From NCBI RefSeq assembly GCF_006345805.1, contig NC_042997.1, forward strand, positions 142,290,001 through 142,354,000: 64,000 bases of DNA. Direction: 5' to 3'. Below, piece after piece: positions 1 to 13,066 of the stretch. The DNA is from Octopus sinensis (taxonomy: Eukaryota). The position numbers and the translations under genes were made by a program. Numbering within the stretch: position 1 is the stretch's first letter; each line of letters opens with the position of its first letter. Below the pieces are notes generated by a model. That model did no database searches. It saw nothing but the letters and a program-made list of their open reading frames with translations, and was not told the origin of the DNA.

Positions 1-1736
1 AAGTCTTGTACTTTCAGCCCTTTAAATACCACAGAAACCCCACACAGTGGGAATGAACCTGTAACCACTTAGTTGCATAGTGAACATCTTAGCCATATAG
101 CTATGCCTGTGCTTATATATTTTAGAACAGCAACCTGATGTCAAGCTTCTGTTCACCTATTTGTCACAGCTACTTGTATTACAGCAGTTTCTAGTTTTCT
201 TCACTAACTATGCCTTTTCTACACAACACACCACATTCTATAAACCTTCCCAGCATGCTAGTCTGCCCAACTTCAAAGCAAATTGAGTAAAATTTTCTTT
301 GATTCTAAAAATTTTCAATTGGAGTATTTGCTACTAGTGTGTTTCTTTCTAATTTTAAAGCTTATTATCACATTATTTGAAAATGACATCTTAAATAATT
401 GGCATAAAATTGGATAAAACAAAACTATTAATAACAGCTTGCTTTAAAATATCTTAGTTGATTTTACCATTCCTTTCATCTGTTGAGTGGATATTTTCAT
501 TCGCTCAGTAGTGATTTAAGAATGTTGCAGCACCTCTTCATGCACATTGCTGTTTTCATTGTTGTTTAGCCCCCGGGACAGTTTTACTCTATCTCAAGGA
601 TCTTTATGACCAAGGGCATTTCAACCTTGACTATCTCATCTTATTTCCATTGTTGTATCTCTGCAATTGCTACTGCTGTTGCTGCTGCTGCTACCACCAC
701 CACCACCACCACCACCACGTGCACGCATGCACAATGGTCTTCTTTCAGTTTCCATCTACTAAATCCATTCACAAGGCCATCCTGAAGCTATTGTAGAAGA
801 TACTTGCCCAAAGTGCCATGCAGTGGAACTGAACCCGGAACCATGTGGTTGGGAAGCAAATAGCTGACCAAGACTTTTTCCTACCTCTTTGGTTGCAAAG
901 AGCTTATGGGTCTCAGGTCAATGAGCCTGACAAGTCACTTATGCCACTTTTAAGCATATATATGTTAGGAATTTAATAGTTTTCAATTAGACTATAATCT
1001 TAAAATATTCTTGTGTGATGTTAATTCTTGGTACATATAGCCTATCTCCTGTTCATTGATTTTAACTCACTGGAACTTTAAAAAATTCTTGGTAAATCAT
1101 GAAGTAATGCAGCTTCCCATTTTGCTCCCTTTATAAATCTAAATCTGTTTATGTAAGAAATACTCAGTGTTATTTGCATTGAGTAGGCACTAAGTTGATA
1201 CTTGATATCATTGAGCTGTTGGACCTAGAAATTCAGATTAAAAAATTAAGCCTCATTTTCTGGAATTTCAATACAGAATCTACATATCAAGTTTTGGTAT
1301 TGGCAATAAATTTAAGCTTTCTTTCTTTGTCATGATATATGCATTTTTCTAACTGTTGACTTAAAGCTGTTTTTGTCTTAAAAGGGAAATCTGAAGAAAC
1401 AGTTTGTGGTTCATTGATATTTAGCCAGAATATTTCATAGGAAGTTATTAAATTGATTCTTTGATGTTTGGATTCAGTTGTGAGAGATAATTCTAAGTCC
1501 AGAAGATTGCTCCAGACTCTGAACACAAGAACATTTAAAGTGTGAGGAGGGTTTATGCGGTACTTGAAAGTCATGTATGAAGAGAGTACATATAGGACTT
1601 GAAGGAGCTAAATCTTATTCATTGATATCTTTCAACCCGGAACTATAAGGCTACAAAGAGATCTTCTTTAAAAGGGTCAAGTTTGCTGAAGAGTTTATGG
1701 GTAGTCTTCATTTTGGATAAACAAGTTTACACTACA

Positions 1737-2152
1737 AATACATTGAAGTGATAATTTGTGTAACACACAAAAAGATAAGCGAAACACAGGCATGCAACTA
1801 AGTTGGAGGCAGATTAACTTTGGCCTTTTATAGCATGTAAAGAAAACGGTGTTGTAGGATTGTATGCAGCATATGTACTACATGCGTAGCTTAAATACTG
1901 AATACATTGAAGTGATAATTTGTTTGTTGATTGACAAGTCTTTAGTACCGAGATGCAGGCATGTGCCATCAGTAATTACTCTGGTAGGCAGTTGGTGACC
2001 TTTATGTAGTAAAGCAAAAAATAAATGAAACACAGGCACATGACTGAATTGAAGGCAGATTTACTTCTGCCTTTATAGCAGGTAAAGAAAACTATTGTAG
2101 GATTGTATGCAGCATGTGTACTACAGTAGTACTATGCATAGCTTAAATACTG
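1737..2152 (+). repeat. Tandem duplication (164 + 252 bp)
   Basis: Both units start AATACATTGAAGTGATAATTTG and end GCTTAAATACTG. The second carries about 90 extra bp. Confidence 0.85.
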
Positions 2153-2519
2153 AGATTGAAAGGCATGGGGGAATTATGCCTACCTAATCTACAAAAAAAA
2201 TAAAATATTTTGCATTTTATGCATAGTAATCAGAGTAACCTTCATAGTTTTATTGAATTATATGCATATTTTGCCATAAAAGGAAAATGTTACTATCGAT
2301 CTGTTTTATTCAGGGTAGGCACTACCTACCTTGCCTACCCAGGCGGCACATCCCTGCCGAGATATATTATAGTGGAATAAAATGTCTCTTATTTTCAAAT
2401 AGATATGACTTAAACAATGACTTCTTTTTTCTACTACTTTGAATTTATCTTTTGATTTTCTAAATTTGCAGGCTACTTTAGTTGACCTTTGAGTATAGCA
2501 TTGAGAAAGAGCAGCATCA

Positions 2520-3190
2520 TTATTATCAATTAATATCCATGTTTCATACAGGCATAGGTTGGATGGTTTGTCAGGATTCAATGGACCCCAAGGGCTGCAT
2601 TGTACTCCAATGTCTTTTAGGTTTTCTATGACTGAAACACCAACCACTTTACAGTGTGTACTGGGCAATTCTTTTTCGATTCCACAATCACTAATGAGGT
2701 TACCATGCAACTTGCAAGGCGATAAACTTTGAGTGGAGAGGGACAATTATATGCTAGGAGAAAGAGGGGAGAGAGGGGTAAAGTATGAGAGAAAATGATC
2801 GGAACAGAAGCAGATTTCTTGCTGAAGAGGAGCTATATGACTACTCAGAATTTAGAAAAGTGGGTGGTAGAGCTAGAAATTGGCGATGAGGTGTCAGAAT
2901 GGACCCTTGGAATTTGCTTTTACTGTGCCATGAATTTTTTTTTTTGTCCCCTGTTTTCTTTTTCTTTCAAATCTATTCCAGAATTTGTTCTGGTACATGG
3001 AACATTCTCCATTAACATTGCTGATAATAACATTCACTCTTCCTCTTTTCATATGTCATATCCATTTAGGAAAACACCTTGCACTGACAGCAACTGCAAA
3101 GCATGCACAACAAACTCAGAAATGACCTGTAAGCTAGAGATGTTGTGTATCACAAGATGCATGGAGAGGTGATGTGAAAACATCACCACT
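2520..3190 (-). mobile_element. Long family B / RTE-like 3' region
   Basis: 2520-2960 aligns in reverse with 27500-27990 (shared AGCAAGAAATCTG...TCATACTT.ACCCCTCTCT and the CCAACCAC/tail block). The upstream part has decayed RT C-terminus-like codons. Confidence 0.55.
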
Positions 3191-3779
3191 GTAACTTCTA
3201 TATTTATATTTTGGCACATAAATTCATTTAATGGAATATTAAAAATTCATCACTAGTGAACCCTAAAGACCTGGTCTTTAGCCACAGACAGTAAAAATTT
3301 AAAAAAATTAAAAATCTGCAATAAAAATAGTTGTAATTAAAAAAAATTATGTGCTATTTTAAAAGTGAAAATATTTATTGAAGACTTATATTTTTCAAAT
3401 TGGTGTTAGATTTTCGCAGGAAGAAAGAGCCCATGGGAATTGTTTATAACAAACAATATATTTTTTTATAAACAAATATATGAACATCTTAAAACTATGA
3501 GAATTTGAAGGTTAAAAATATCAGATTACATAAAATATTATTTTTTAGTATCATGATCACTATCTTCTTGTTTACAATGCTGTCATATTTACTATAACTG
3601 TTGACTGAAGCTAGATAGGATTATGTCACTCCTTTTTGTTGAATAGATTATATCCAAATTTTATATTTATAGGCAAAAAACTGTGAGCACTGCCCTTAAT
3701 ATTGATATCTGGCATTGGTACATCACCTCAAATTTTGAAGACTTATATACTCAATTATATACTTAACTACGTTTCTGGG

Positions 3780-4560
3780 TATGAATAAATTGGATGGTAG
3801 ACTTAATCCACTGCCTGGTTAAACACCTCAACTTAGTTCTTGGGTAACTTTAGTGGAGTCCACTCTGTTGCAAACATTTGGACCAGTTCTTCTGTCTGAA
3901 GATACTTTCATCTTACCAGAAGAGGTAGGGCCATCTAACAGCAATATAAGCTCCCAGAAAAAACAACACCCTGGTGCTTATAGTATTAATTTATTGACAG
4001 CATACCACAGCATACATTTACTAGCATTAGACCCCTGAACACATACAGCCTCCAGTGTGCCCATGCATTGAGGCACCACAGAAAGGAGGCCCTGATAAAT
4101 GTGATGGGTGTTGGCCTTTCTGTTCTCACTTAGCCATTAAAGAAATTGGACAAGTTATATAATACAGAACTTGGTGATGGGGATTCAGAGCTGTTTGTTG
4201 ATTCAAGATTATCCATGTTGCAAACATATGGCAAACACTGATTTTCATCTACCATTTCCAGCTGTCAATATAGAATAGCAACCATGGGCATCAAACCTGA
4301 ATTTCTGTGACAGTGGCCCCATGTTGAAGAACTGATAATAGAAACAGCAGTGAATAAGGCCATGGTCGACACAATGACATTATCTAGTTACATTGATTGG
4401 ATTAGCCACCAAGAACATGTCACCATACCATTGCCTATCACAATAAAAGTTACATAGTTATGTTGCTGTGTGACAGATGTAATCTATTCCGCCAAGTATT
4501 GGTATTTGCTACATCACTCTCCACTTCTCCTATCACATCCTGTATGTTCTACTAGGTTAA
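3780..4560 (-). mobile_element. Highly decayed RTE-like reverse transcriptase remnant
   Basis: Colinear degenerate motifs: AILY*QLE (AIFLVRQLQE), CVQGSNAS (GVHQGSVLS), GCCFFWEL (GCPWELLYADD). Same strand as the RTE-like 3' end at 2520-3190. Many stops, alignment by eye only. Confidence 0.35.
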
Positions 4561-5618
4561 GAGTGAGAAGGTCAAAGAGTGTGTTTGTATCTGCTCCTGA
4601 CTACAAAGGTACTTGAAATAATTAGTGAATGCATGTTACATGTTATCATGCTATAATTCTCACTCGCAATTGATGGCTGATTGTATTGCACTTGACAGAT
4701 GTAGATGGCTGATATTGAAGGTAGTATTATAGTTTCCCCCTGACTGAGTATTTATCCCTTATTTTTCTTTAATATGTTTATAATCCTTTCGGAAGTTATA
4801 AGTTTTAAGATTTTTGTTTCACCAAATAAAATTAGATTGTAAAATTTTTTATGCAGATTCACTTCCTCTGATCAATTTTCATTTGGTAAATGAAAGCGAC
4901 ATAAGGCAACAATAATACTGTAAGAAATCTAAGAAAAAATAATCTAAAGATAAGAATACTGGAAATATTGCTTGAATCTTCATGCCTTTTTAAGAAGATT
5001 ATACTGAAAGTAGAAAAGGAAGATAAAAATGTATTGTAATCTTTATTGTAATGAAATTCTTTTTCTGTTCATTTTCCCAGTTTTAAGATAGTAACAATAT
5101 TTCCACACTATTGTTGCCTATGTTAGAATTGAAATAGGCAATATATTCTATAAAAGGTAAACTGACTGTAGAAGTAACTAGATCAGAGACAAAACTGTTG
5201 TTTGATTGTGGAGTCTGGTGTATCATTGCCTGTAATAAACAGCAATAAACAAGCAATAAAGACATACATTATAAAAGATGCTAGTGCTGATGTTAGTAGA
5301 GACAGCTGTGTAATTTCATACAGTTGGGAAATTTCTATGAATAGATTTTTAAAAATATCTATATAAAAAAAAAAGAAAAATATCAAAAATCAAAAATATT
5401 TTCATAGGAATGAATATTTTGACAATTGGTGTGGTAGTTGGATATTAACATTTAGCTGTACTGAAAAGGCATGTTTGATAACAGTTTTTTATATTTTTAT
5501 TATTAATAATGCAGCAAATAATTACTAGCTTCAGATAGTTCAACTGATTTCAGAATTTTATACCATTGACTTTTTTTTTTTCATATTAATAATTTCATCA
5601 TTTATTATTCATACACAT

Positions 5619-6000
5619 ATCATCATCATCATCATCATCATCATCATTTAACATCTGTTTTCCATGTTGGCATGGACTGGACAGTTTGACAGGAGCTGCT
5701 AAAGCTGGGAGCTGCACCAGGCTATATTGTCTGCTTTGGTATGGTTTCTAGAGCTGGATGCCCTTCCTAAGGCCAACCACTTGACAAAATATACTGGGTG
5801 CTTTTTTATGTGGCACCAGCACTGTCAGGGTCACCCAGTAACTAGCAACACAAAACCCCCTTATCTGAGAGGAAAGAATAGTAGTGAGAGGGATTATCAT
5901 CATCAATGTTTTAATGTCCACTTTCCTATGCTTGCTTAGGTAGGACTGAGTTCATTAAGACTGATTTTCTATGTCCAGATACATTTACTATCACCAAATG
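5619..6000 (-). mobile_element. Family B elements (two adjacent)
   Basis: (CAT)n start and GGATGCCCTTCCTAAGGCCAACCAC block. Other B copies lie at about 16290-16476(+), 19590-19700(+), 20690-20960(-), 21620-21790(+), 22505-22710(-), 24780-24903(+), 28955-29130(-), 30020-30125(+), 34990-35265(+), 42580-42950(-), 46320-46510(+), 56240-56530(-), 57060-57340(+), 59316-59560(-) and 61350-61620(-). Confidence 0.75.
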
Positions 6001-6200
6001 TGATGCATTTCCAAACAAGTGAGATTTCTCCAAGATCACACATCTTTACAAAAACTTGGGACTGAATGACACTGCTTGTGTGATTGTGAACTCATTTACG
6101 TCTATAACATGCTCTCATGACAAACATATACAAACATATACTCACACACAAAAACATGCACAGACAACAGGCTTCTTTTAAGTTTCCATATATACATTCA

Positions 6201-6548
6201 GCTGTGTGGTAGCTTGCTTACTGACTACATGGTTCTGATTTCAGTCTCACAGCATGGCACCTTAGGCAAGTGCCCTTAGGCTGACCAAAGCCGTGTGAGT
6301 GGACTTGGTAGACAGAAACTGAAAGAAGCTCATCATGTGTGTGTGTGTGTGTGTGTGTGTGTTTGTCCCTCCAACATCACTTGACAACTGATGTTGGTGT
6401 GTTTACATCCCCGTACCTTAGTGGATTGGCAAAAAAGACCGATACAATAAGTACTAGGCTTACAAAGAATAAGTCCTGGGGTCGATTTGTTTTTACGAAA
6501 GGCAGTGCTGTAGCATGGCCGCAGTCAATTGACTGGAAAAAATAAAGA
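6201..6548 (+). mobile_element. Family A SINE
   Basis: Same head, microsatellite and tail. A further head fragment follows at about 6563-6775. Other head fragments lie at about 1-110 and 733-870 (minus), 19072-19330, 22190-22340, 42280-42440, 55420-55575 and 61620-61765. Confidence 0.8.
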
Positions 6549-7899
6549 AATGAACATGTAGGCAGAGGCATGACTGTGTGGTTAGGAAGTTTGCTTTACA
6601 ACCACACGGTTTCGGGTTTAATTCCTTACTGTGTGGTATTTTGCTCAAATTTTTTCTACTGCTATAGCCTTTGGCCAACCAATGCCTTGGGAGTGGAATT
6701 GGTAGACATAAACAATAAAGAAACAAGTTGTGTAAATACATACACACACACACACACACACACACAAGTGTTTTGGGGAGGGAACCAGTCAATTAGATCG
6801 ACCCCAGTACACATCTGGTACTTAATTTATCGACCCTGAAAGAATGAAAGGCAAAGTCGACCTCAGTGGAATTTGAACTCAGGATGTAAAGACAGACAAA
6901 ATACTGCTAAGCATTTCACCCACTGTGCTAACGTTTCTGCCAGCACACCGCCTAATTAATGGTAAAAATATTATTGTTTTTGTTGTTAGCAGAATCATTA
7001 CTGCTCTGGACAAAATGCCAAGCAGCATTTCTTCTGGCACTTTATGTTCTGGGTTCAAATCCTTTCAGGATTCATAAAGTTATGCCTCCATAACTTAGCA
7101 GCATGGCAAAGGGGACTGGCAGAAAAGTACTGGACTTAGAAATAAGTACTGGGAGGTCAATTCAAGGTGATGTCTTACTGTGGCTGTTGGCGTGCATGGC
7201 TTAGTTATTAGGGTGTTGCACTCATGATTGTGGTTTCAATTCCTGGACTGGGTGATACATTGTGTTCTTGAGCAAAGCACTTCATTTCACATTGCTCCAG
7301 TCCACTCAGCTGGCAAAAATGAGTAATCCTGTGATGGGACGGTATTCCATCCCGGTGGTGAATTTATATGCCATAGAAAGCAGGAAACTGGCCATTGTGA
7401 GCAGGCATGATTCATAAAGGTAGTATGGCTGCAATCCAATGACTGAAGCAAATAAAAGATTCAAATACATACCATTACATATGCAAATACATTTAAATGG
7501 ATGTGAATGTGTTCTGTTTATATTCTTTTTCTACTTATAACGGCAACAACAAAATGAAAAACAAAAGAAAATAATAAAATACCATAGACATTTACATACA
7601 AATATACATAATGAGTCACAATGGCTTTTGTGACATTAAGATGCTGGGCTATTTCTTTATGGCAATGAGTTCATACTTTATTATTATACGACTATAGCTG
7701 GCATGTCATGCCCTTCAGCAAGACGTATAAGCTTTATCTTTCTGAGTTAATCTGGTTCATAAATATGTTACACCTGCTTCACAGTTGAGTGGATAACAGT
7801 AGGAAGTGCATCCACTTATAAAGCATATCGACCGAGTGATATGCATATGTACAATTTTACAAATCCCATCCCAGTGGACAGAATGGATGGAAAAATGGA

Positions 7900-8240
7900 A
7901 TATGTGTGGTTGGATGTACATGTGTGTTTACATATGTATATATGCTTATTTGTGTGTATGTGTTTATGTGTAAATATACACACACGTGCACACACATATA
8001 AGCATATATGTACATACATAAGCACACACATACACGCACATACATACACACATGTATGTATGCTTATATGTGTATGTATGTATTTATGTGTGTCCATAAA
8101 TGCAAACATGTATAAATGTGTATGTATGTATGCTCATACATATATGCATGCATATATAAATAAGTGAAGTGTGTGCACTTGTATATGCATTTGTATCTAT
8201 ACATATATGTGCATCTGTGTGTGTGTGTGTGAATGTGCAC
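7900..8240. repeat. Degenerate TA/TG/CA low-complexity tract
   Basis: Alternating purine-pyrimidine sequence. Produces the H/T/Y/V/C-rich spurious ORFs. Confidence 0.9.
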
Positions 8241-8560
8241 ACAACAGTGGCAGAGTTGGGTTTTTGACAGATGTTAACTGGATTTTGCGTTACTGCTTAT
8301 CAAAACATTTCACTTTTAAACGACTCATTATTATCATAATCATCACCATCATCATCATCTTCATCATCATCATGTGACTATAGAAGTAAAAATGTGATGA
8401 AAATAAGGTATATAAAAAATTGAAATTTTAACATTTAAAATATATTAATATATAAATGCATGTGACTGTTGACTAAGGCATTAGTTATAGGTTGGTGGTT
8501 GCTGTGGTTAGTTGTAAACAGGGCTCTGTTGAAAAGAATTATGCAAGGAAAATTTATAAA

Positions 8561-8966
8561 GGTGCAGGAGTGGCTGTGTGGTAAGCAGCTTGCTTACCAA
8601 CCACATGGTTCTGGGTTCAGTCCCACTGCGTGACACCTTGGGCAAGTGTCTTCTACTATAGCCTCGGGCCGACCAAAGCCTTGTGAGTGGATTTGGTAGA
8701 CGGGAACTGAAAGAAGCCCGTCGTATATATGTATATACATATATGTGTGTGTGTGTTTGTGTGTCTGTGTTAGTCTCCCCAACATCGCTTGACAACCGAC
8801 GCTGGTGTGTTTACGTCCCCGTAACTTAGCGGTTCCAAAAAAGAGACCGATAGAATAAGTACTAGGCTTGCAAAGAATAAGTCCTGGGGGGTCGATTTCC
8901 TTGACTAAAGGCGGTGCTCCAGCATGGCCACAGTCAAATGACTGAAACGAGTAAAGAGTAAGAGTA
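8561..8966 (+). mobile_element. Family A tRNA-derived SINE, near full length
   Basis: Head GGAGTGGCTGTGTGGTAAG with A-box-like TGGCTGTGTGG and B-box-like GGTTCAGTCC, central TA/TG microsatellite, tail ...GACTGAAAC.AGTAAA(A)GAG. More than 20 copies or fragments in the window. Confidence 0.9.
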
Positions 8967-9337
8967 AGGAAAAACAAGGTTTTCCTTTCTATTAGAAACA
9001 AAGTGAAAGAAAAAAATTGTAGCAAATGGGAGTGCAAAGTAGAAGAATGAATGATACAGTAAATAAGGTGAGGAAGAACAGAGAGAGAAAGAAAGATTTG
9101 AAACAGAAGGAGTAAAGACAGATGAAGGGAAATAAGGAAAGGGGATAGTAGAGGTGACCTTTGGTGAACTGTTGAACATGTGGCAATTCATTTTGATCTT
9201 GGCTGCCCCTTTGTGCAAGGCATATGACCCTGATGTTCTGAGTTTTCTGCTAGATTACGCTGTAGTTATAGCAATGTGAATATACATACATATTAGTTTG
9301 GTCAAGTGGATAAAATATTGGATTACCAACTCTGTTT

Positions 9338-9398
<61 letters not shown>

Positions 9399-9626
9399 TG
9401 TGAACATGTAAATTCATAACTGACCTTTCAGCCAATTATGCTCACACACATATGCATATATTCATATATCCATATATGTGTTTTGTGTGTGTGCTTGTAT
9501 GTGTATATATATATATGTGTGTGTGTTTGTGTGTATGTATCTATGTATTTATATCACACAGCCATGCCTTTGCCTATGCGTATGTATGCATGCATGCATG
9601 TATGTATATATGTATGTATGGCATTG

Positions 9627-9740
9627 TTCAGTTTTATTTCAAGATTTCTTACCAATAGAGAAAGAGCTGGTTTCTAACCTAGATTCAAGGCTCCTTCATT
9701 GGAATTTCAACATCAACAACAGGGTATTTTTGTTTGTATG

Positions 9741-9771
<31 letters not shown>

Positions 9772-10003
9772 TGTATGCATGCATGCAGATTTGTATGTTT
9801 AGCTTCATGTATGTATTCTCATGCATATAGTTGCATATCTAGACATGCTCATATATATTTAAATGATAAACTTCTGGAAAGTTTTACAGATTTTTACAGT
9901 TCCAGTGATGGATTGGATCTGTAGTCTTTGAATTAACTTTCTCCTTTCTGGTTTTGAGAAGCCTAATTTCCCAAGACTGGTATTTAGGTAGTGTGTTACA
10001 TAT

Positions 10004-10075
<72 letters not shown>

Positions 10076-10293
10076 CCCCATTCAGTTTTATTTCAAGATT
10101 CTTTACCAATAGAGAAAGAGCCGGTTTCTAATTTAGATCCAAGGCTCTTTCATTGGAATTTCAACATCAACAACAGGGCATTTTTGTATGTGTGTATGTA
10201 TATGTGCAAATTTGTATGTTTTGTTTTATGTAAGTCTTCTCATGCATATATTTGCATATCTAGACATGTTCATATATACTTAAATGATAAACT
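9627..10293 (+). repeat. Tandem direct repeat of a ~215-245 bp unit
   Basis: 9627-9872 and 10081-10293 both run from TTCAGTTTTATTTCAAGATT to AAATGATAAACT. They are separated by unique sequence and (GT)n(GC)n. Confidence 0.85.
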
Positions 10294-10389
10294 CCAAAGG
10301 AAATGAGTTATCTAATTACAGTTTCTTCTATAACTACAGCTAGAAAGAATCAGTTTACCTGTTGAGCTGTTGTTTTCTTTCTATTCCTC

Positions 10390-10425
<36 letters not shown>

Positions 10426-12244
10426 CTGCTGCTGCTGCTGTTGTTGTTGTTGTTGTTGTGTGTGTGTGTGTGTGTGTGTGTGTTTGTGTATCTGTTGACG
10501 ACATCTACAAGTGTGGATTAAGACAAAAATAGAAGATTGAAGAAGAACAGATCCCATCACTTTAGGTGAACTACAGATTTATTGCTTGTCAGGTGATTGC
10601 ACTATTGATTGCTAATACATATATAAACCATCCTATCTATCTGTCTCACACAAACACAAACACACACACTTTCACTCGCACATATATATATATATATAAA
10701 CATATACACACATACACTAACATATTTATGTATGTAATTTCTCATTGGTTCATACTACTTCTGAATGAGAATAAACAAACAAAAATAATGTAAAGATTTT
10801 TTTTTAAATTAGGTTAGTGTTTGTGCATCTTTTTGCAGTGAACTATTGTCATATTTGAATAAATAAATCTATGAAATAGGTCACTGTATCCTGTGACATC
10901 GTCACTACTCTAAAAATAATGGAAAAACTAGAAATACAAAGAATGACGAGGAATTAAATAATCTATAGCATAGATTATTTATAACATAGAAATGATGTTC
11001 GAGAGATTAGGATTAATATTTGTTTGGTTTCCTTTCTCTTTCCTTTCTTACTAGGGAGCCTTTATAGGGCTGCTCAGTTTGCTAGAAATAGTAGCCAAAT
11101 CTCCCTCAAATCATCCTACCATCTTCAAAAATGTAACTCATTTGATATTGTGGTTTGGAGTTCCTTACACATAGGAAGACGATAGGATGGTCACAGCTGG
11201 AGTGCTTTTGATCATATGCCTGCTTGGTCAAACTGACCTGGAGTTAAACAACTATATCAGCATCTGCTGTTGTAACAAGCTAGTAACAGTTTGCATGTAT
11301 ATGGTTGCTCCACCAGCTACAAATAAATTTTATATCTATATCGTATTACATCCTATTATCTTAAAATGGGATGGACAAAAAAAAATCATAGTTCTAGAAT
11401 CACCAATTAAAGACAGATTGGTCATGGCTGGAATGTCTTTGCTTATAGGTTGGCTTAACCATTGCTGACTTGGGGCTAAACAACTTCTTTTATGAACTGT
11501 TTTGTTGGCTTGTAATAATCTGTCAAAACTGTGTCCCAAACTAATAATTGTTTTGACTCCGTTAGTTTTTAATCAGTCTCAGAACCGTTTTAATTTATGA
11601 ACATGATATTTGTAATGCTTTAAATCCCCTTGAGGGATATTTTGAGCTCACTAGAGGCAACAGTTGTCATGTGATATCATAGAAGGTGATGAGTGTTCAG
11701 AGAGAATGTAATTTTTCTCGGATATAAGCTAAATAAACCAAGTATAATACTTGTATTTCAAACACGTTTTTGTAGATATTTTTTTTTAATATCCTCATTA
11801 TTATAATATAAATAGACATTGTGTCAACAGAAACATGGCTGATGATGCACCAAGGTTCAGTATGATTTCATTATATAAGTCTTTAAAGCTTTGAGCCGGC
11901 AGAATTATTACCATGCCAGTCAAAATGTTTAATAGTATTTCTTCTGGTTCTTCACATTTTAAGTTCAAAGCTGCCAAGGTTGACTTTGCCTTTCATCCTT
12001 TCAGAGTTGATGAAACTGTACAAATTGAGCACTATGGTCTTGGGAATTAACTTCAGCCTTGCCGCTCAAAATTGCTGGCCTTGTGCCTGAATTAGAAAGG
12101 ATTATATTAATTCTCAACTTCTTTATAAATTTCCATAAAAATTTAACATAAGGAGCACTAATGCATACAAATATATAAAAGGAGCTACATGCTGGAAGGG
12201 ATAGTATAGAAACATATAGATAATAAGCTCCTGTTTAATTTAAT

Positions 12245-12366
12245 CAGGGTTTTCAAAAAATTAATTTTATTCTTTATGCAAAATATTAGGAGAGGGCATT
12301 TGTAAACAGGCATCATTCAGTGAAAGGTAAAGGGGATTCTGACCTACAAAAATTTAAGAACCACTG
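12245..12366. mobile_element. Short hAT (Charlie-like) MITE
   Basis: Ends CAGGGTTTTCAA ... TTAAGAACCACTG, with TTTAAT on both flanks (imperfect TSD). Confidence 0.4.
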
Positions 12367-12843
12367 CTTTAATCCAACCTTTGTTCACATCAAGCAAAAT
12401 ACTGACTTCTGTAGTGTAAGGAGTAATATTAGTAACAGCAGTTGTAGCAGTCATGATGACTACAACGATATGAATCGATGTGAAAGCTGTATATTATGTT
12501 GTTATTTGAAGTTTATGAAATCAGTTCTACAAATTGTTATTGAATTTATCATCTGGGTTCTTAGTCTAGTCCTCGGTAGTAACAAGAATAAGGAAAATAT
12601 ATTTCAAATTTATTAGAAGAATGACAACAAACTCTGAAGTTTAATAGCAAAATGGTTATTAAAGTTTCATGAAAATGGTAGAAAAACAAATTGATTAAAA
12701 TTGTTAAATAAGATGCAAAAACATATTAGTAATTTCTTAATAAATTTTTAAAAACGTATACAATAAAAATGATGACGGAAGTGACAAAGTAGATGTTATG
12801 ACAGCTAAAAATTGTTTCATGTATGAAACTGATTTTCAGCTTC

Positions 12844-13066
12844 TTAACCCTTTTGTTACCAACTCGTCTGAAACTGGCTCTGAGTACAAATGTCTTGTTT
12901 TCATGAGTTTTGAATTAAAATCTTCCACCAAACCTTAGTCACAGTTTATGCTCCTAACACTAGCTTAATGGTAACTAAGTTATTTTACTAAATTCTTTGT
13001 TATATTTGAAGTAATTGAAAGCAACACAGAGCATTTCAAAAATAAATACACTAACGAAAAGGTTAA
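12844..13066. mobile_element. piggyBac-type MITE (family P2)
   Basis: TTAACCCTTTTGTTACC ... AACGAAAAGGTTAA. Related copies at 37033-37258 (reverse) and about 15358-15465 (partial). Confidence 0.65.

Noticed and set aside
2306-2746. 146-aa minus ORF, one of the longest non-microsatellite ORFs in the track
   Set aside because: About half of it (2520-2746) lies in a decayed family B element that aligns with 27700-27990. No recognisable domain.
3880-3930. W*DESIF resembling the Tc1 WSDESKF motif
   Set aside because: No following transposase motifs or TIRs. Better explained as part of the RTE-like remnant or as chance.
5081-5156. Segment between a good plus-strand acceptor and donor
   Set aside because: All three frames contain stops. 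Could only be UTR, and nothing supports that.
8508-9037. ORFs ending ...EDTCPRCHAVGLNPEPCGW or RGYSRRHLPK..., repeated at many loci
   Set aside because: These are translations of the family A SINE head. They recur at every copy.
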